From Bacteroidia bacterium (GTDB taxonomy: Bacteria > Bacteroidota > Bacteroidia > Cytophagales > Cyclobacteriaceae): DNA of 64,000 nt. Of the stretch, positions 20,315 through 29,447 are shown one piece after another (the first letter of the stretch is position 1; each line of letters starts with the position of its first letter). The notes under the pieces were generated by a model. That model did not search any database and had not been told where the DNA came from. It saw nothing but the letters and a program-made list of their open reading frames with translations. The stretch is taken from assembly GCA_031384515.1 (NCBI GenBank), contig JANNAQ010000013.1, positions 40,495-104,494 on the forward strand. The letters are read 5' to 3'. The position numbers and the translations under genes were made by a program.

Positions 20315-21640
20315 TTAATTTGCTACCTCAATTTTCACTTTACTTCCCTTCAGCTTTTCGTTTTTAATGTTGGCCAATACCTTGTTTAACAGTGACCGCT
20401 TCACAGAAACATACGAAGCAAAATCAAGTGTCGTAATCAAACCAATTTCATCACTCGATAACCCGCCTTTTTTTGTGAGCAACCCTACGATATCGCCTTT
20501 GCTAATTTTATCTTTTTTGCCAGCACTTATATAAAGGCAAGCAAACACAGGTGGAGGAGGAAGTACAAGTTTATTACTCACTTTAAGTTCCTCTACAGAT
20601 TTGTCGATGTAATCGGGCAAGGTTTCATCATTAGCTAAAATGAGATACGCCTGGCCTTCGGCATGCATGCGGGCTGTTCTGCCATTACGATGGAGGAAGG
20701 CCTCTTGCTGTGGAGGCAATTGATAATGAACCACATGCTTGATTTCAGGTATGTCCAATCCGCGAGATGCAAGATCGGTTGCGATTAAGACATTGTGAGC
20801 ACCTCCTCTAAACTTGATGAGATTTTTTTCACGGTCAATTTGTTCCATTGCTCCGTGAAGTATACCGTGTTCAAATTTATTTTGAGTGAAGAGTGCGCTG
20901 ATACGCTCTACAGCATCACGATGGTTGCAAAACACAAGACATACCTCTTGATTAAATCCTGCTACGAGCCGCATAAGTGTTTCCACTTTGTCGATGCTTC
21001 GGGTGTGTACCAAGCGTAATCTTAATTTTGATTCCGCTTCGTCTTTCAGATAATTGAGAGTTTCCGGATTGGTGAAGGGTAAAAAATCGGGCCACACCTC
21101 TAATCGTGTTGCAGAGGTAAGAAGATGTTGTTGTTTTCCACTTAATACTTTAAATATTGTTTTCAGTTGTTCATGAAAACCCATCTGCAAGGATTTATCA
21201 AACTCATCCAGCACAACCATTTTAATAGTGCGTGCATCAAATGATTTTCTAAAAATATGATCAGCTAATCTTCCGGGCGTACCAATAATGACAGCTGGCG
21301 CTTCACTCAAACTATTTTGTTCAATCTTCACGGAGTGACCTCCGTAGCAACAACTCACTTTATAGGAAGTCTTCATCGAACGGAAAACCTGTTCGATCTG
21401 CAATGAAAGTTCACGGGAAGGCGCTAGAATCAAAGCTTGCACGCCTGTGGCGTCAGCTCTTAATTTATTTACTAGTGGCATTAAAAATGCTAGCGTTTTG
21501 CCAGAGCCCGTTGGCGCCAGTAGCATCAGATTATTAGTAGAAGTTGCCTTTTCAATGACATCGGATTGCATGTCATTGAATTCGGCAATGGATAGATTCT
21601 TAAGAAATTCTGCGTTGGCAGTCGTAATTGAAGGTTGCAT
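20315..21640 (-). CDS. dbpA: DEAD-box RNA helicase, DbpA-like
   Basis: APTGSGKT, DEFD, SAT, HRNGRTAR; C-terminal ISAGKKDKISKGDIVG RNA-binding domain. Confidence 0.85.
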   Translation of the reverse strand: MQPSITTANAEFLKNLSIAEFNDMQSDVIEKATSTNNLMLLAPTGSGKTLAFLMPLVNKLRADATGVQALILAPSRELSLQIEQVFRSMKTSYKVSCCYGGHSVKIEQNSLSEAPAVIIGTPGRLADHIFRKSFDARTIKMVVLDEFDKSLQMGFHEQLKTIFKVLSGKQQHLLTSATRLEVWPDFLPFTNPETLNYLKDEAESKLRLRLVHTRSIDKVETLMRLVAGFNQEVCLVFCNHRDAVERISALFTQNKFEHGILHGAMEQIDREKNLIKFRGGAHNVLIATDLASRGLDIPEIKHVVHYQLPPQQEAFLHRNGRTARMHAEGQAYLILANDETLPDYIDKSVEELKVSNKLVLPPPPVFACLYISAGKKDKISKGDIVGLLTKKGGLSSDEIGLITTLDFASYVSVKRSLLNKVLANIKNEKLKGSKVKIEVAN

Positions 21641-21644
21641 CCCG

Positions 21645-21652
21645 CAAAGGTA
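21645..21652 (-). promoter_or_regulatory. -7 promoter element immediately upstream of the helicase ATG
   Basis: TACCTTTG ends 4 bp before the ATG. Confidence 0.55.
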
Positions 21653-21684
21653 GCGTTATGATACTGTCTTTTTGAAAAGAAATT

Positions 21685-22320
21685 CTATTTAGGCAATCGT
21701 GCGTGTAACAAGCGACTTACCGTAAACCAAATCAGAGGTGGAAGGCCTGCACTTAAACCAATGGCTAAGGCGGGATGGGTTATTCCGGAGTTTCCAATTA
21801 TCGCATAGGTAAACCCAAGTGGAATTGAACCGCAGGCCAAAGCCAAATAAAATAATCGAGTGGGCATTCGTGTAAGCCCAGCCATGCAGGCAACAACTTC
21901 AGGGAATACAGGAAGCCATCTGGAAAGTGCCACCACCCAGCCACCAATACTTGAAGTTAATTTTTTTCCGCGATCGAATTCCTTTTGACCCAACACCCAA
22001 ATGGCGGATTTTTCACCCAGCATGCGGCATATCCAATAACCTAATGATCCGGAAATAAATGATCCGGCTGCGCTTATTAATCCACCAACGATTGGGCCAT
22101 AGATGTATCCGAGTGCTGACATAATAAGCGTTGCGGGTAAGGGTAAAAATAAATCTGCAGTTAATAATAGAATGGCGATGCCCCAAGCCCATTGCCCATA
22201 AGTGTTCAGCCAGGCTATTGATCCTTCGGCTGAAAAGAATGCCATCAAGGTTTCTCCCCAGATAAAAAAGGGAACCAGTACAATGGCAACCAAAGCAATA
22301 AACAATAAGGCAAAACGCAT
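21685..22320 (-). CDS. VTT/DedA (TVP38/TMEM64) family membrane protein
   Basis: FLPLPATLIMSALGYIYG, LSRWLPVFPEVVACMAGL. Confidence 0.85.
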   Translation of the reverse strand: MRFALLFIALVAIVLVPFFIWGETLMAFFSAEGSIAWLNTYGQWAWGIAILLLTADLFLPLPATLIMSALGYIYGPIVGGLISAAGSFISGSLGYWICRMLGEKSAIWVLGQKEFDRGKKLTSSIGGWVVALSRWLPVFPEVVACMAGLTRMPTRLFYLALACGSIPLGFTYAIIGNSGITHPALAIGLSAGLPPLIWFTVSRLLHARLPK

Positions 22321-22389
22321 TTGCTTAATTATATTTTAGAAAGTCAATATTAAAGTAAAGATTGGAATTGATCTCCTATTTTTTGATAA

Positions 22390-22863
22390 TTGGGTAATAG
22401 AAGTTCAACTACATTTCATATGAGCAAGCCCGCACCGCAACAAATCAATCCCGAAGATGTTCCGCAGCTTGCGGAAGCACTCGTTAAAAAAATTCGTTTC
22501 CCCATGTTGGCTACTATCGATGGCAACCAACCGCGTATCCGTCCTGTGTCGCCAGTGCGCACAGAAAAATTTACTGTCTATGTTGCTAACCTGAAGAGTT
22601 ATGGAAAAACTGTGGAGATCGAGAAAAACTCGAACATAGAACTTTGTTATATGGATGAGGACCATAACCAAGTACGTATAACAGGAGTTGCGACTATTGT
22701 TCTAGACCGAAATCTTCTTCAGGATATTTGGAACACCAACCGGTTGCTTCAGCATTACCTGGGAACAATCGACAACCCTGAATTGGTTGTTTATAAAATC
22801 ACTCCTAACCGAGTTCGTTTTATGCTAGAATGGGCATTGAAGTACTATGAAGTGAAAATCTAA
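22390..22863 (+). CDS. Pyridoxamine 5'-phosphate oxidase-like FMN-binding protein
   Basis: MLATIDGNQPRIRPV, K..EIEKNSNIELC, QVRITG.A; start uncertain (TTG 22390 or ATG 22420). Confidence 0.8.
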   Translation: MGNRSSTTFHMSKPAPQQINPEDVPQLAEALVKKIRFPMLATIDGNQPRIRPVSPVRTEKFTVYVANLKSYGKTVEIEKNSNIELCYMDEDHNQVRITGVATIVLDRNLLQDIWNTNRLLQHYLGTIDNPELVVYKITPNRVRFMLEWALKYYEVKI

Positions 22864-22882
22864 AAACAGATACTCAATTCAA

Positions 22883-25123
22883 TTACATATTCAACCAAAA
22901 GGTAAGCTTTAGCACGAGTGCGCGGTTCTTAGGAGTAAAGTTTTGTTGCATATTCGGCTGTTCAGTAGAGTAAAAATAGTTATCGGTATAGACGATAAAT
23001 AGGTCGGACACTGGTTTAAAGCGCCATTGAAAACGCGAGTTGATATTTACATTATTGAACTGACTGTTGTATTGAAAGAAGGTGGTAAAAAAGACGGATT
23101 TTGTTAAGGTCAAATCGAACCTCGGGCTGATTAAATAAATGTCAGCACTCTTATAAGGTTTCGGTAAAGTAATCTTGTTATAGTTGAACTCCACAGAAAA
23201 CAAACCGTAAGGCTGAAAGCGATAGTTCAGCACAGTTCGCACTCCAATCCGAGTTCCGTTAAAATACTGACCAACTGTTCCGCCAACTTCGTAATTGATT
23301 ATTTTGCGGGGATCAGACACAAACGCTATTTGGGCGTTAGAGTAATTGTATTCAGAGAAAGCGGGAAGCTTTAGGCTATCAGGTGTGTTTGGAGTGTTTG
23401 TGGCATTGAAATTCTTGAACAAGAAGGTATAGCTGTTTCGTGCTATAAAATCTAATGTTGCGTTGTTTTGAAAAACAAAAGAGTAGCCGGCTTTCAACTC
23501 ATGATCGGTATAACCATAACGATCGTCCCAAACGAAGGCAAGATCAGAAGTGGGTCCATGACTAATGAGCACATCTGATTTTGGATAGATAAAATATTGC
23601 ATAGAGGGCGATATTCGTTTGTATCCATTTCTTGGTACGAACCCAACCGCAGGATCGTATCCACTACCAATTATTTGATGGAACCAATTGAAATTAAGTT
23701 GTTGAGTATTGTAACTCAAGCCGTATCCATGAGCAAATTCTTTTCCTGGATTCTTTTCCGTGATTTGTTTGTGGAAAAATAAATTTCCTGTCCACTTGTT
23801 GTTTAGAAAGCTATAATTGTAATCAAGGCCCGCTACTCTATTATAATTATATCCCGATAATTTTGTTTCACTAGAATCAACCTTGAATTGTTGCCGGTTT
23901 ACGAAAATGGCCCTGACATTTGAATTGGCCCCAAGCCTTCGTTGTGTTGTAGCCACTGTATAGTTGTAGGAAGGTATATTGGATTCTTCCACGTTGCCCG
24001 TTTGCATGTTCAACAATCCAATGCGCCAATTCTTGTTCACATTGCCGCTTAAACGTGCTCCAAATAAAATTCTATTCTGAACATTGAGACCCGTACTGGT
24101 ATCACGTGCAACGCCAATGCGTCTTGAGAAGAATGGCCGTGCCGCCATATGTCCAAATGATGAAAACAGATCGGCATTCTCCAAAAAGAATTGTCTTCTC
24201 TCAGGAAAAAAAATTTCAAAGCGATCGAGGTTGGTCACTTGTTGATCTACTTCCACTTGTGAAAAATCAGGGTTAACAGTAAGATCCAGATTCAAAGAAG
24301 AATTGACTGCAATTTTTGCATCTCCACCGCCTTGTAATTCACTTTTACCGGGTTCTCCCTTTTCATAGTCTTTTGAGGCTTGCCCAGCCACATATGGAAT
24401 AATTGATATGTTCGCACCAGGGTGCTTTAACGGTTCACTCCAAATCATTTCTGCCGAATAATTAAGATTGCCGATTTCAAAAAACCGAGGTGTAAAAGGA
24501 AACACAGATCGTTCATTTTCCTTACTGTCTTGACGGTATAATTTTACGTTCCATTTTGTAGAGCCAGCCTTAAAGCGAAGTGTTTTATATGGGATGGCAA
24601 ACTCCGCGGTCCAATAGCCATCGTAAATTTTTGTCGCGCTGTACCATTTGTTGTCCCATGATAGATTCATATCGTTGCGTGCGATATATCCATTCGCAAT
24701 AAGTCCTTCTCGCTGTACACCGGCCGGATTTACCCCAAAGAAAAATCCATTGGTCACATCCTGAAACGGATCGAGAATTACAGAAACGCCATCTAAACCA
24801 GGGCCACGGAAATCCCTTCGCAATGACGACATGACATACTTGCCAGGAACTTTATCATAGGCGATAGCACTGACATATAAAAACCGATCATCATACGCAA
24901 GCCTAAATTCTGTTCTTACTCTGGCGCGTGAGGTGTCATATGGAAATTGCTGGATAAGGTGATCAATCATTTCAGCATCCTTCCATGAGGCTTCATCTAA
25001 CACACCATCTAATTTGATTGGGCCACTTGATCTTTTTATGGTAAAAGATGGTCTATCAGGAGGAGTAGCGTCAGAGAACTCAGCAAATAGAATCAGAATA
25101 CCAAGCAGCGCTATTACCTTCAT
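22883..25123 (-). CDS. CBM9-like / DUF5916 outer membrane protein
   Basis: IKLDGVLDEASW, NLSWDNKWYS, LDLTVNPDFSQVEVD, ERRQFFLEN, C-terminal KLTFWLNM. Confidence 0.88.
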   Translation of the reverse strand: MKVIALLGILILFAEFSDATPPDRPSFTIKRSSGPIKLDGVLDEASWKDAEMIDHLIQQFPYDTSRARVRTEFRLAYDDRFLYVSAIAYDKVPGKYVMSSLRRDFRGPGLDGVSVILDPFQDVTNGFFFGVNPAGVQREGLIANGYIARNDMNLSWDNKWYSATKIYDGYWTAEFAIPYKTLRFKAGSTKWNVKLYRQDSKENERSVFPFTPRFFEIGNLNYSAEMIWSEPLKHPGANISIIPYVAGQASKDYEKGEPGKSELQGGGDAKIAVNSSLNLDLTVNPDFSQVEVDQQVTNLDRFEIFFPERRQFFLENADLFSSFGHMAARPFFSRRIGVARDTSTGLNVQNRILFGARLSGNVNKNWRIGLLNMQTGNVEESNIPSYNYTVATTQRRLGANSNVRAIFVNRQQFKVDSSETKLSGYNYNRVAGLDYNYSFLNNKWTGNLFFHKQITEKNPGKEFAHGYGLSYNTQQLNFNWFHQIIGSGYDPAVGFVPRNGYKRISPSMQYFIYPKSDVLISHGPTSDLAFVWDDRYGYTDHELKAGYSFVFQNNATLDFIARNSYTFLFKNFNATNTPNTPDSLKLPAFSEYNYSNAQIAFVSDPRKIINYEVGGTVGQYFNGTRIGVRTVLNYRFQPYGLFSVEFNYNKITLPKPYKSADIYLISPRFDLTLTKSVFFTTFFQYNSQFNNVNINSRFQWRFKPVSDLFIVYTDNYFYSTEQPNMQQNFTPKNRALVLKLTFWLNM

Positions 25124-25200
25124 TATAAAAAATTCGCTTCTATTTACAAAAAAGGATTTTTAAGATTATAGTAAACTTGATGAGTGGACAAACTGGCCTA

Positions 25201-25944
25201 TTAGGATAGGCCCAAACAAAAGCTGAGAAGTTTTTTAAGGTCATCTTCCTTCTGAAATTTTACTGGCGTTTTTTGGTTAGCTAACTCAGAAAGATAGCTT
25301 TTGATTTGCCTTCTGTGGGAAGGAAACAATTTAAAAAATGAAGACTTATTCGCAATCAGTATTTCGTTGGCTCCTTTCATTAAGTAAAATACTGCATCTC
25401 TCGAGAGAGTAACCTTTTCTTTCGGAAGAGTTCGATTGAATGGGATATAAATTACAGAAAAGCCTTTGTCTGTTGACGAACTTGAGGGTTTTTCATGATC
25501 ATTCAATACTTCACGATTCACGATGTTCAGTTGGCGTTGTACACAAAGGCGCACAGAATCATTTGGATTCGATAGAATTGTAAAGTAGCCTTTGTCGTGG
25601 TCATGATAATAAAGATCTTTGTCAATTAATAGGTACGTAATGTTTTCGAAATTGGCGACAAATGTCGTGTCACCTTTTTCGTCAATCATTGAAATGAGTG
25701 ATCGATAACGATTGAAATTAAGTTTGGTAATATTTGATTTTTTACGTGACACATAAAATACATATCCATCACGAAACTCGCTGTACGAGTATTTTTCATT
25801 GTAGGGAATAACCTCTGATAACCTGTCGATAAATCCAAGCTCTTCTGTTCTTTCCTCTTCGAACCGACTGTATGCTTTATTTTGCGAAAACGCAAGTAAG
25901 CAAGTGTTAGATACTAGAAAAATTAAGAGGATTTTTACCTTCAC
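25201..25944 (-). CDS. Hypothetical secreted protein
   Basis: 247-aa ORF with a signal peptide; no recognised motif. Confidence 0.7.
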   Translation of the reverse strand: MKVKILLIFLVSNTCLLAFSQNKAYSRFEEERTEELGFIDRLSEVIPYNEKYSYSEFRDGYVFYVSRKKSNITKLNFNRYRSLISMIDEKGDTTFVANFENITYLLIDKDLYYHDHDKGYFTILSNPNDSVRLCVQRQLNIVNREVLNDHEKPSSSSTDKGFSVIYIPFNRTLPKEKVTLSRDAVFYLMKGANEILIANKSSFFKLFPSHRRQIKSYLSELANQKTPVKFQKEDDLKKLLSFCLGLS

Positions 25945-26061
25945 AAGAAGGGCAAGATAGTAAAAACAGCTTTGTGAAGATTCGATTTCGCATAAGTATC
26001 ACGAACAGAAAATATTTTTTCTAATTAGCCCCTCAATCCTTTGAGTAGTCAATTACCATCC

Positions 26062-26069
26062 TATTTTTG
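26062..26069 (+). promoter_or_regulatory. -7 promoter element for tex
   Basis: TATTTTTG 45 bp upstream of the ATG. Confidence 0.6.
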
Positions 26070-26114
26070 CCGTCCTTTAAGAACGGCCAAGGTTTGGCTA
26101 CCATAAACTAAGCA

Positions 26115-28454
26115 ATGGAAAAAAATATAGAAAAAATTGCCAATGAATTAAATCTCTCCACGCAACAAGTAGAGATTGTTATTGAAATGTTGGTAGAGGG
26201 AGCGACTATCCCTTTTATGGCGCGTTACCGAAAAGAAATGACTGGTAGCCTGGATGAAGTACAACTGGCGGCAATTCGCGATCGCCATGAACAGCTTATG
26301 GAGTTGGATAAACGCAAGGAGGCAATTCTTAAGTCGATTGAGAAGCAGGAAAGGTTAACACCTGCATTAGCAAAAGATATTGAGCAGGCTGAGACGATGG
26401 TGGCATTGGAGGACATCTACCTTCCCTACAAACCTAAACGCAAAACACGCGCCAGCATAGCCAAGGAAAAAGGGCTTGAGCCATTAGCACTAAGTTTATT
26501 TGAGCAAGGTAAATTGGAGGTGGATAAACTTGCGGCCACGTATATTAATACAGAGTTGGGTGTGGCTAACATACAAGAAGCATTGGAAGGAGCACGAGAT
26601 ATCATGGCAGAATGGATCAGTGAAAATCAGGAAGCACGGAAAAATATTCGCGAAATCTTCTGGCAAGACGGTATCATCGAAGCCTCTGTGATAAAATCAA
26701 AGGCAGAAACGGAAGAGGCTCAAAAGTTTAAGGATTATTTTGAGTGGAAAGAGCCGATCAAAAAAACCCCTTCACACCGATTGCTCGCCATGCGCAGAGC
26801 CGAGAAAGAAGGATTTATTTCTTTAGACATTGCCCCCACCGAAGCACTTGCTATACAAACTCTGGAAAAGCAATTTATAAAAACGTCATCGCCAGTAGGC
26901 GAACAAGTTGGTATGGCTATTAAAGATTCGTATAAACGATTGTTAAAACCTTCGCTCGAAAGCGAGGTTCGAATAGAATCCAAACAACAAGCCGATGTAG
27001 AAGCAATCAAAGTATTTTCTTCCAACCTTAAAGAATTGCTTCTGGCTTCTCCTCTGGGACAAAAGCGAGTGATGGCACTTGACCCCGGGTTCAGGTCGGG
27101 CACTAAATTAGTTGCGTTAGGTGAGCAAGGAGAATTGCTTTTCAATACAGTGATTTATCCATTAGAACCGCAGCGCGAAACAGATAAGTCATCGGCTATC
27201 GTGATGGGGTTGTGCGATCGATTTAAAATTGAGGCAATCGCCATTGGCAATGGAACAGCTAGTAGAGAGACTGAATCATTTGTTAAGTCGCTGGGTCTTC
27301 CAAAAGAAATTTTGATAGTGATGGTTAATGAAAGCGGAGCTTCCATTTATTCGGCCAGCGATGTTGCTCGTGAAGAGTTCCCAGATCATGACATCACGGT
27401 GCGAGGTGCTGTATCAATCGGAAGAAGATTGACTGACCCATTGGCTGAGTTGGTAAAGATTGATGCAAAGTCAATTGGTGTGGGTCAATACCAACATGAT
27501 GTAGATCAAGTTAAATTAAAAGCTGGGCTTGATGATGTGGTGATGAGTTGTGTCAACTCTGTTGGGGTAGAGGTAAATACTTCGAGTAGAGAATTACTTT
27601 CTTATGTATCCGGATTGGGGCCTCAATTAGCAAAGAGTATAGTTGAATATAGAAATCAAAATGGAGCCTTTAAAGACCGACATTCTTTGCATAATGTGCC
27701 TCGCTTGGGTGAAAAAGCGTTTGAACAGTGTGCCGGTTTTTTGCGCATTCGTGATTCAAAAAATCCGTTAGATGCTAGTGCCGTGCATCCCGAGCGTTAT
27801 GAGCTGGTCGAAAAATTTGCGAGTGACTTAGGATGCACAGTAAAAGATTTAATGACAAATGCCGAGGTGCGAAAGAAGCTTGACCTCAAAAATTATGTGA
27901 GCGACACCGTTGGACTGCCTACATTAACTGATATATTGTTAGAACTAGAAAAGCCAGGTCGTGATCCACGTGAAAAGTTTGAGGTATTTTCTTTTGAAGA
28001 AGGCATTCACGAAATAAAAGATTTGAAGGTGGGGATGATGTTACCTGGTATTGTTACCAACGTCACCAACTTCGGGGCGTTTGTAGATGTGGGTGTGCAT
28101 CAAGATGGTCTTGTGCACATTAGTCATTTGAGTGACCGGTTTATTAAAGACCCAAGCCAGGTTATTTCTGTTCAGCAAAAAGTAAAGGTTACTGTAGTAG
28201 AGGTTGATGTCGCGCGCAAGCGAATTGCGTTGTCGATGAAGAGTGATCCTTTTGGGAATGCGCCTGCGAAATCAAGTGAACAAAAAACTTCTTCGCAACA
28301 GTCGAAGCCAGGATCTAAGCGTTCGGATTCCAAACATCCGGGGTCTGTGTCCTCACAGACACCAAATAAGAAACACACTTCAAATGCTCCTCTGAAAAAA
28401 GAAGAGTCTATGGAAGATAAGCTGGCACAGTTGAGAGAGAAGTTTAAGAGATAA
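26115..28454 (+). CDS. tex: Tex family RNA-binding transcriptional accessory protein
   Basis: GATIPFMARYRKE, ALDPGFRSGTK (YqgF-like), HhH region, S1 domain GAFVDVGVHQDGLVHIS. Confidence 0.96.
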   Translation: MEKNIEKIANELNLSTQQVEIVIEMLVEGATIPFMARYRKEMTGSLDEVQLAAIRDRHEQLMELDKRKEAILKSIEKQERLTPALAKDIEQAETMVALEDIYLPYKPKRKTRASIAKEKGLEPLALSLFEQGKLEVDKLAATYINTELGVANIQEALEGARDIMAEWISENQEARKNIREIFWQDGIIEASVIKSKAETEEAQKFKDYFEWKEPIKKTPSHRLLAMRRAEKEGFISLDIAPTEALAIQTLEKQFIKTSSPVGEQVGMAIKDSYKRLLKPSLESEVRIESKQQADVEAIKVFSSNLKELLLASPLGQKRVMALDPGFRSGTKLVALGEQGELLFNTVIYPLEPQRETDKSSAIVMGLCDRFKIEAIAIGNGTASRETESFVKSLGLPKEILIVMVNESGASIYSASDVAREEFPDHDITVRGAVSIGRRLTDPLAELVKIDAKSIGVGQYQHDVDQVKLKAGLDDVVMSCVNSVGVEVNTSSRELLSYVSGLGPQLAKSIVEYRNQNGAFKDRHSLHNVPRLGEKAFEQCAGFLRIRDSKNPLDASAVHPERYELVEKFASDLGCTVKDLMTNAEVRKKLDLKNYVSDTVGLPTLTDILLELEKPGRDPREKFEVFSFEEGIHEIKDLKVGMMLPGIVTNVTNFGAFVDVGVHQDGLVHISHLSDRFIKDPSQVISVQQKVKVTVVEVDVARKRIALSMKSDPFGNAPAKSSEQKTSSQQSKPGSKRSDSKHPGSVSSQTPNKKHTSNAPLKKEESMEDKLAQLREKFKR
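28380..28454 (+). repeat. tex 3'-end direct repeat, copy 1 (in the intact gene)
   Basis: Encodes SNAPLKKEESMEDKLAQLREKFKR*; 64/75 identical to 38244-38318. Confidence 0.92.
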
Positions 28455-28465
28455 AGTGTCGTTTC

Positions 28466-29443
28466 TTATTTCTTTATAAAAATAAAATCTCCGCCTTCAT
28501 CGACTACATCCTGGATGACTCCAAATTGAGGAACAATGTGAGTATTATTGGAAATGGGCTCAAACATTCTGGAGAAGAGAAGACGCGATGACATAAATAC
28601 TTCCGGGTTATCTCCTAATTTCTTCAATAGGAATTCAACAAAAACACTTTTGTCTGGCACGGTGCTTAGGTTTCCACTCGTCATGGCCCGTCTACTTTTG
28701 TCTTTATACAATTCATTGAATTTCATGATCATACTTGACGCATCTGCCCCGCGGGTTTTAAAGATGCTGCCGCTAAAGCAGGCATCAGCAATGAGTAAGG
28801 TATGTTTGGATTTGATCGCGCCCAGATAATCCTTCAGTGTGCTATTCGGTATCCAGGTGCTTTTATCTTTTATGTTGGCATCGGAGGCTAGCCAATAGCC
28901 AAAGTCTTTTTGTTTATCCCACACACCGTGGCCAGCATAAAAAACCAATACATTATCACGTTCTGTTACTACTTCCGATAAATGCTCCAGGGCGTTAATG
29001 ACATCGCTGCGGGTAGGGTTAGCAAGGTATTTTATGCGCTCGTCATCAAACGTATAATTCTCTTTAAGTACTTGTCTAAGTCTTTCCGCATCTTTTACCG
29101 GTTGATCCAAATTAGGCAATTCGGTAGTGGCGTTTTTGTAGTGCGCCACTCCCATAATCAGCGCATAGTACCTTGGAAGGTTATCCGCTGTAATCCCCAA
29201 TGTCTGCAAGGTTACTACCGATCTCTCTTCTGCTCTTTTTTTCTCTTCTGCAATTCGCGTTTCCTCGGCAAGCCGTAATTCCTCGGCACTTCGGTTTTGT
29301 TCGTCAGCAATCCTCTTCTCCTCTGCTACTACTGAGGCACCTTTAAAATTAATGGCATTGCTTTTTACTCTTGTAGTTTGCGCGGTTGATACCAAGCTAC
29401 TAAAAAGGAGCAGTGTAAAAAAGATATTTTTTTTCATATCCAT
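28466..29443 (-). CDS. Secreted caspase-family (peptidase C14) protein
   Basis: Signal peptide, AEE-rich coiled coil, YALIMGV..Y, catalytic FYAGHG (His) and IADACFSG (Cys). Confidence 0.92.
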   Translation of the reverse strand: MDMKKNIFFTLLLFSSLVSTAQTTRVKSNAINFKGASVVAEEKRIADEQNRSAEELRLAEETRIAEEKKRAEERSVVTLQTLGITADNLPRYYALIMGVAHYKNATTELPNLDQPVKDAERLRQVLKENYTFDDERIKYLANPTRSDVINALEHLSEVVTERDNVLVFYAGHGVWDKQKDFGYWLASDANIKDKSTWIPNSTLKDYLGAIKSKHTLLIADACFSGSIFKTRGADASSMIMKFNELYKDKSRRAMTSGNLSTVPDKSVFVEFLLKKLGDNPEVFMSSRLLFSRMFEPISNNTHIVPQFGVIQDVVDEGGDFIFIKK

Positions 29444-29447
29444 TCTT

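Noticed and set aside
26068-26100. Small hairpins in the tex leader as a riboswitch
   Set aside because: Only short stems (GCCGT/ACGGC, CCAA/TTGG), with no recognisable aptamer consensus.
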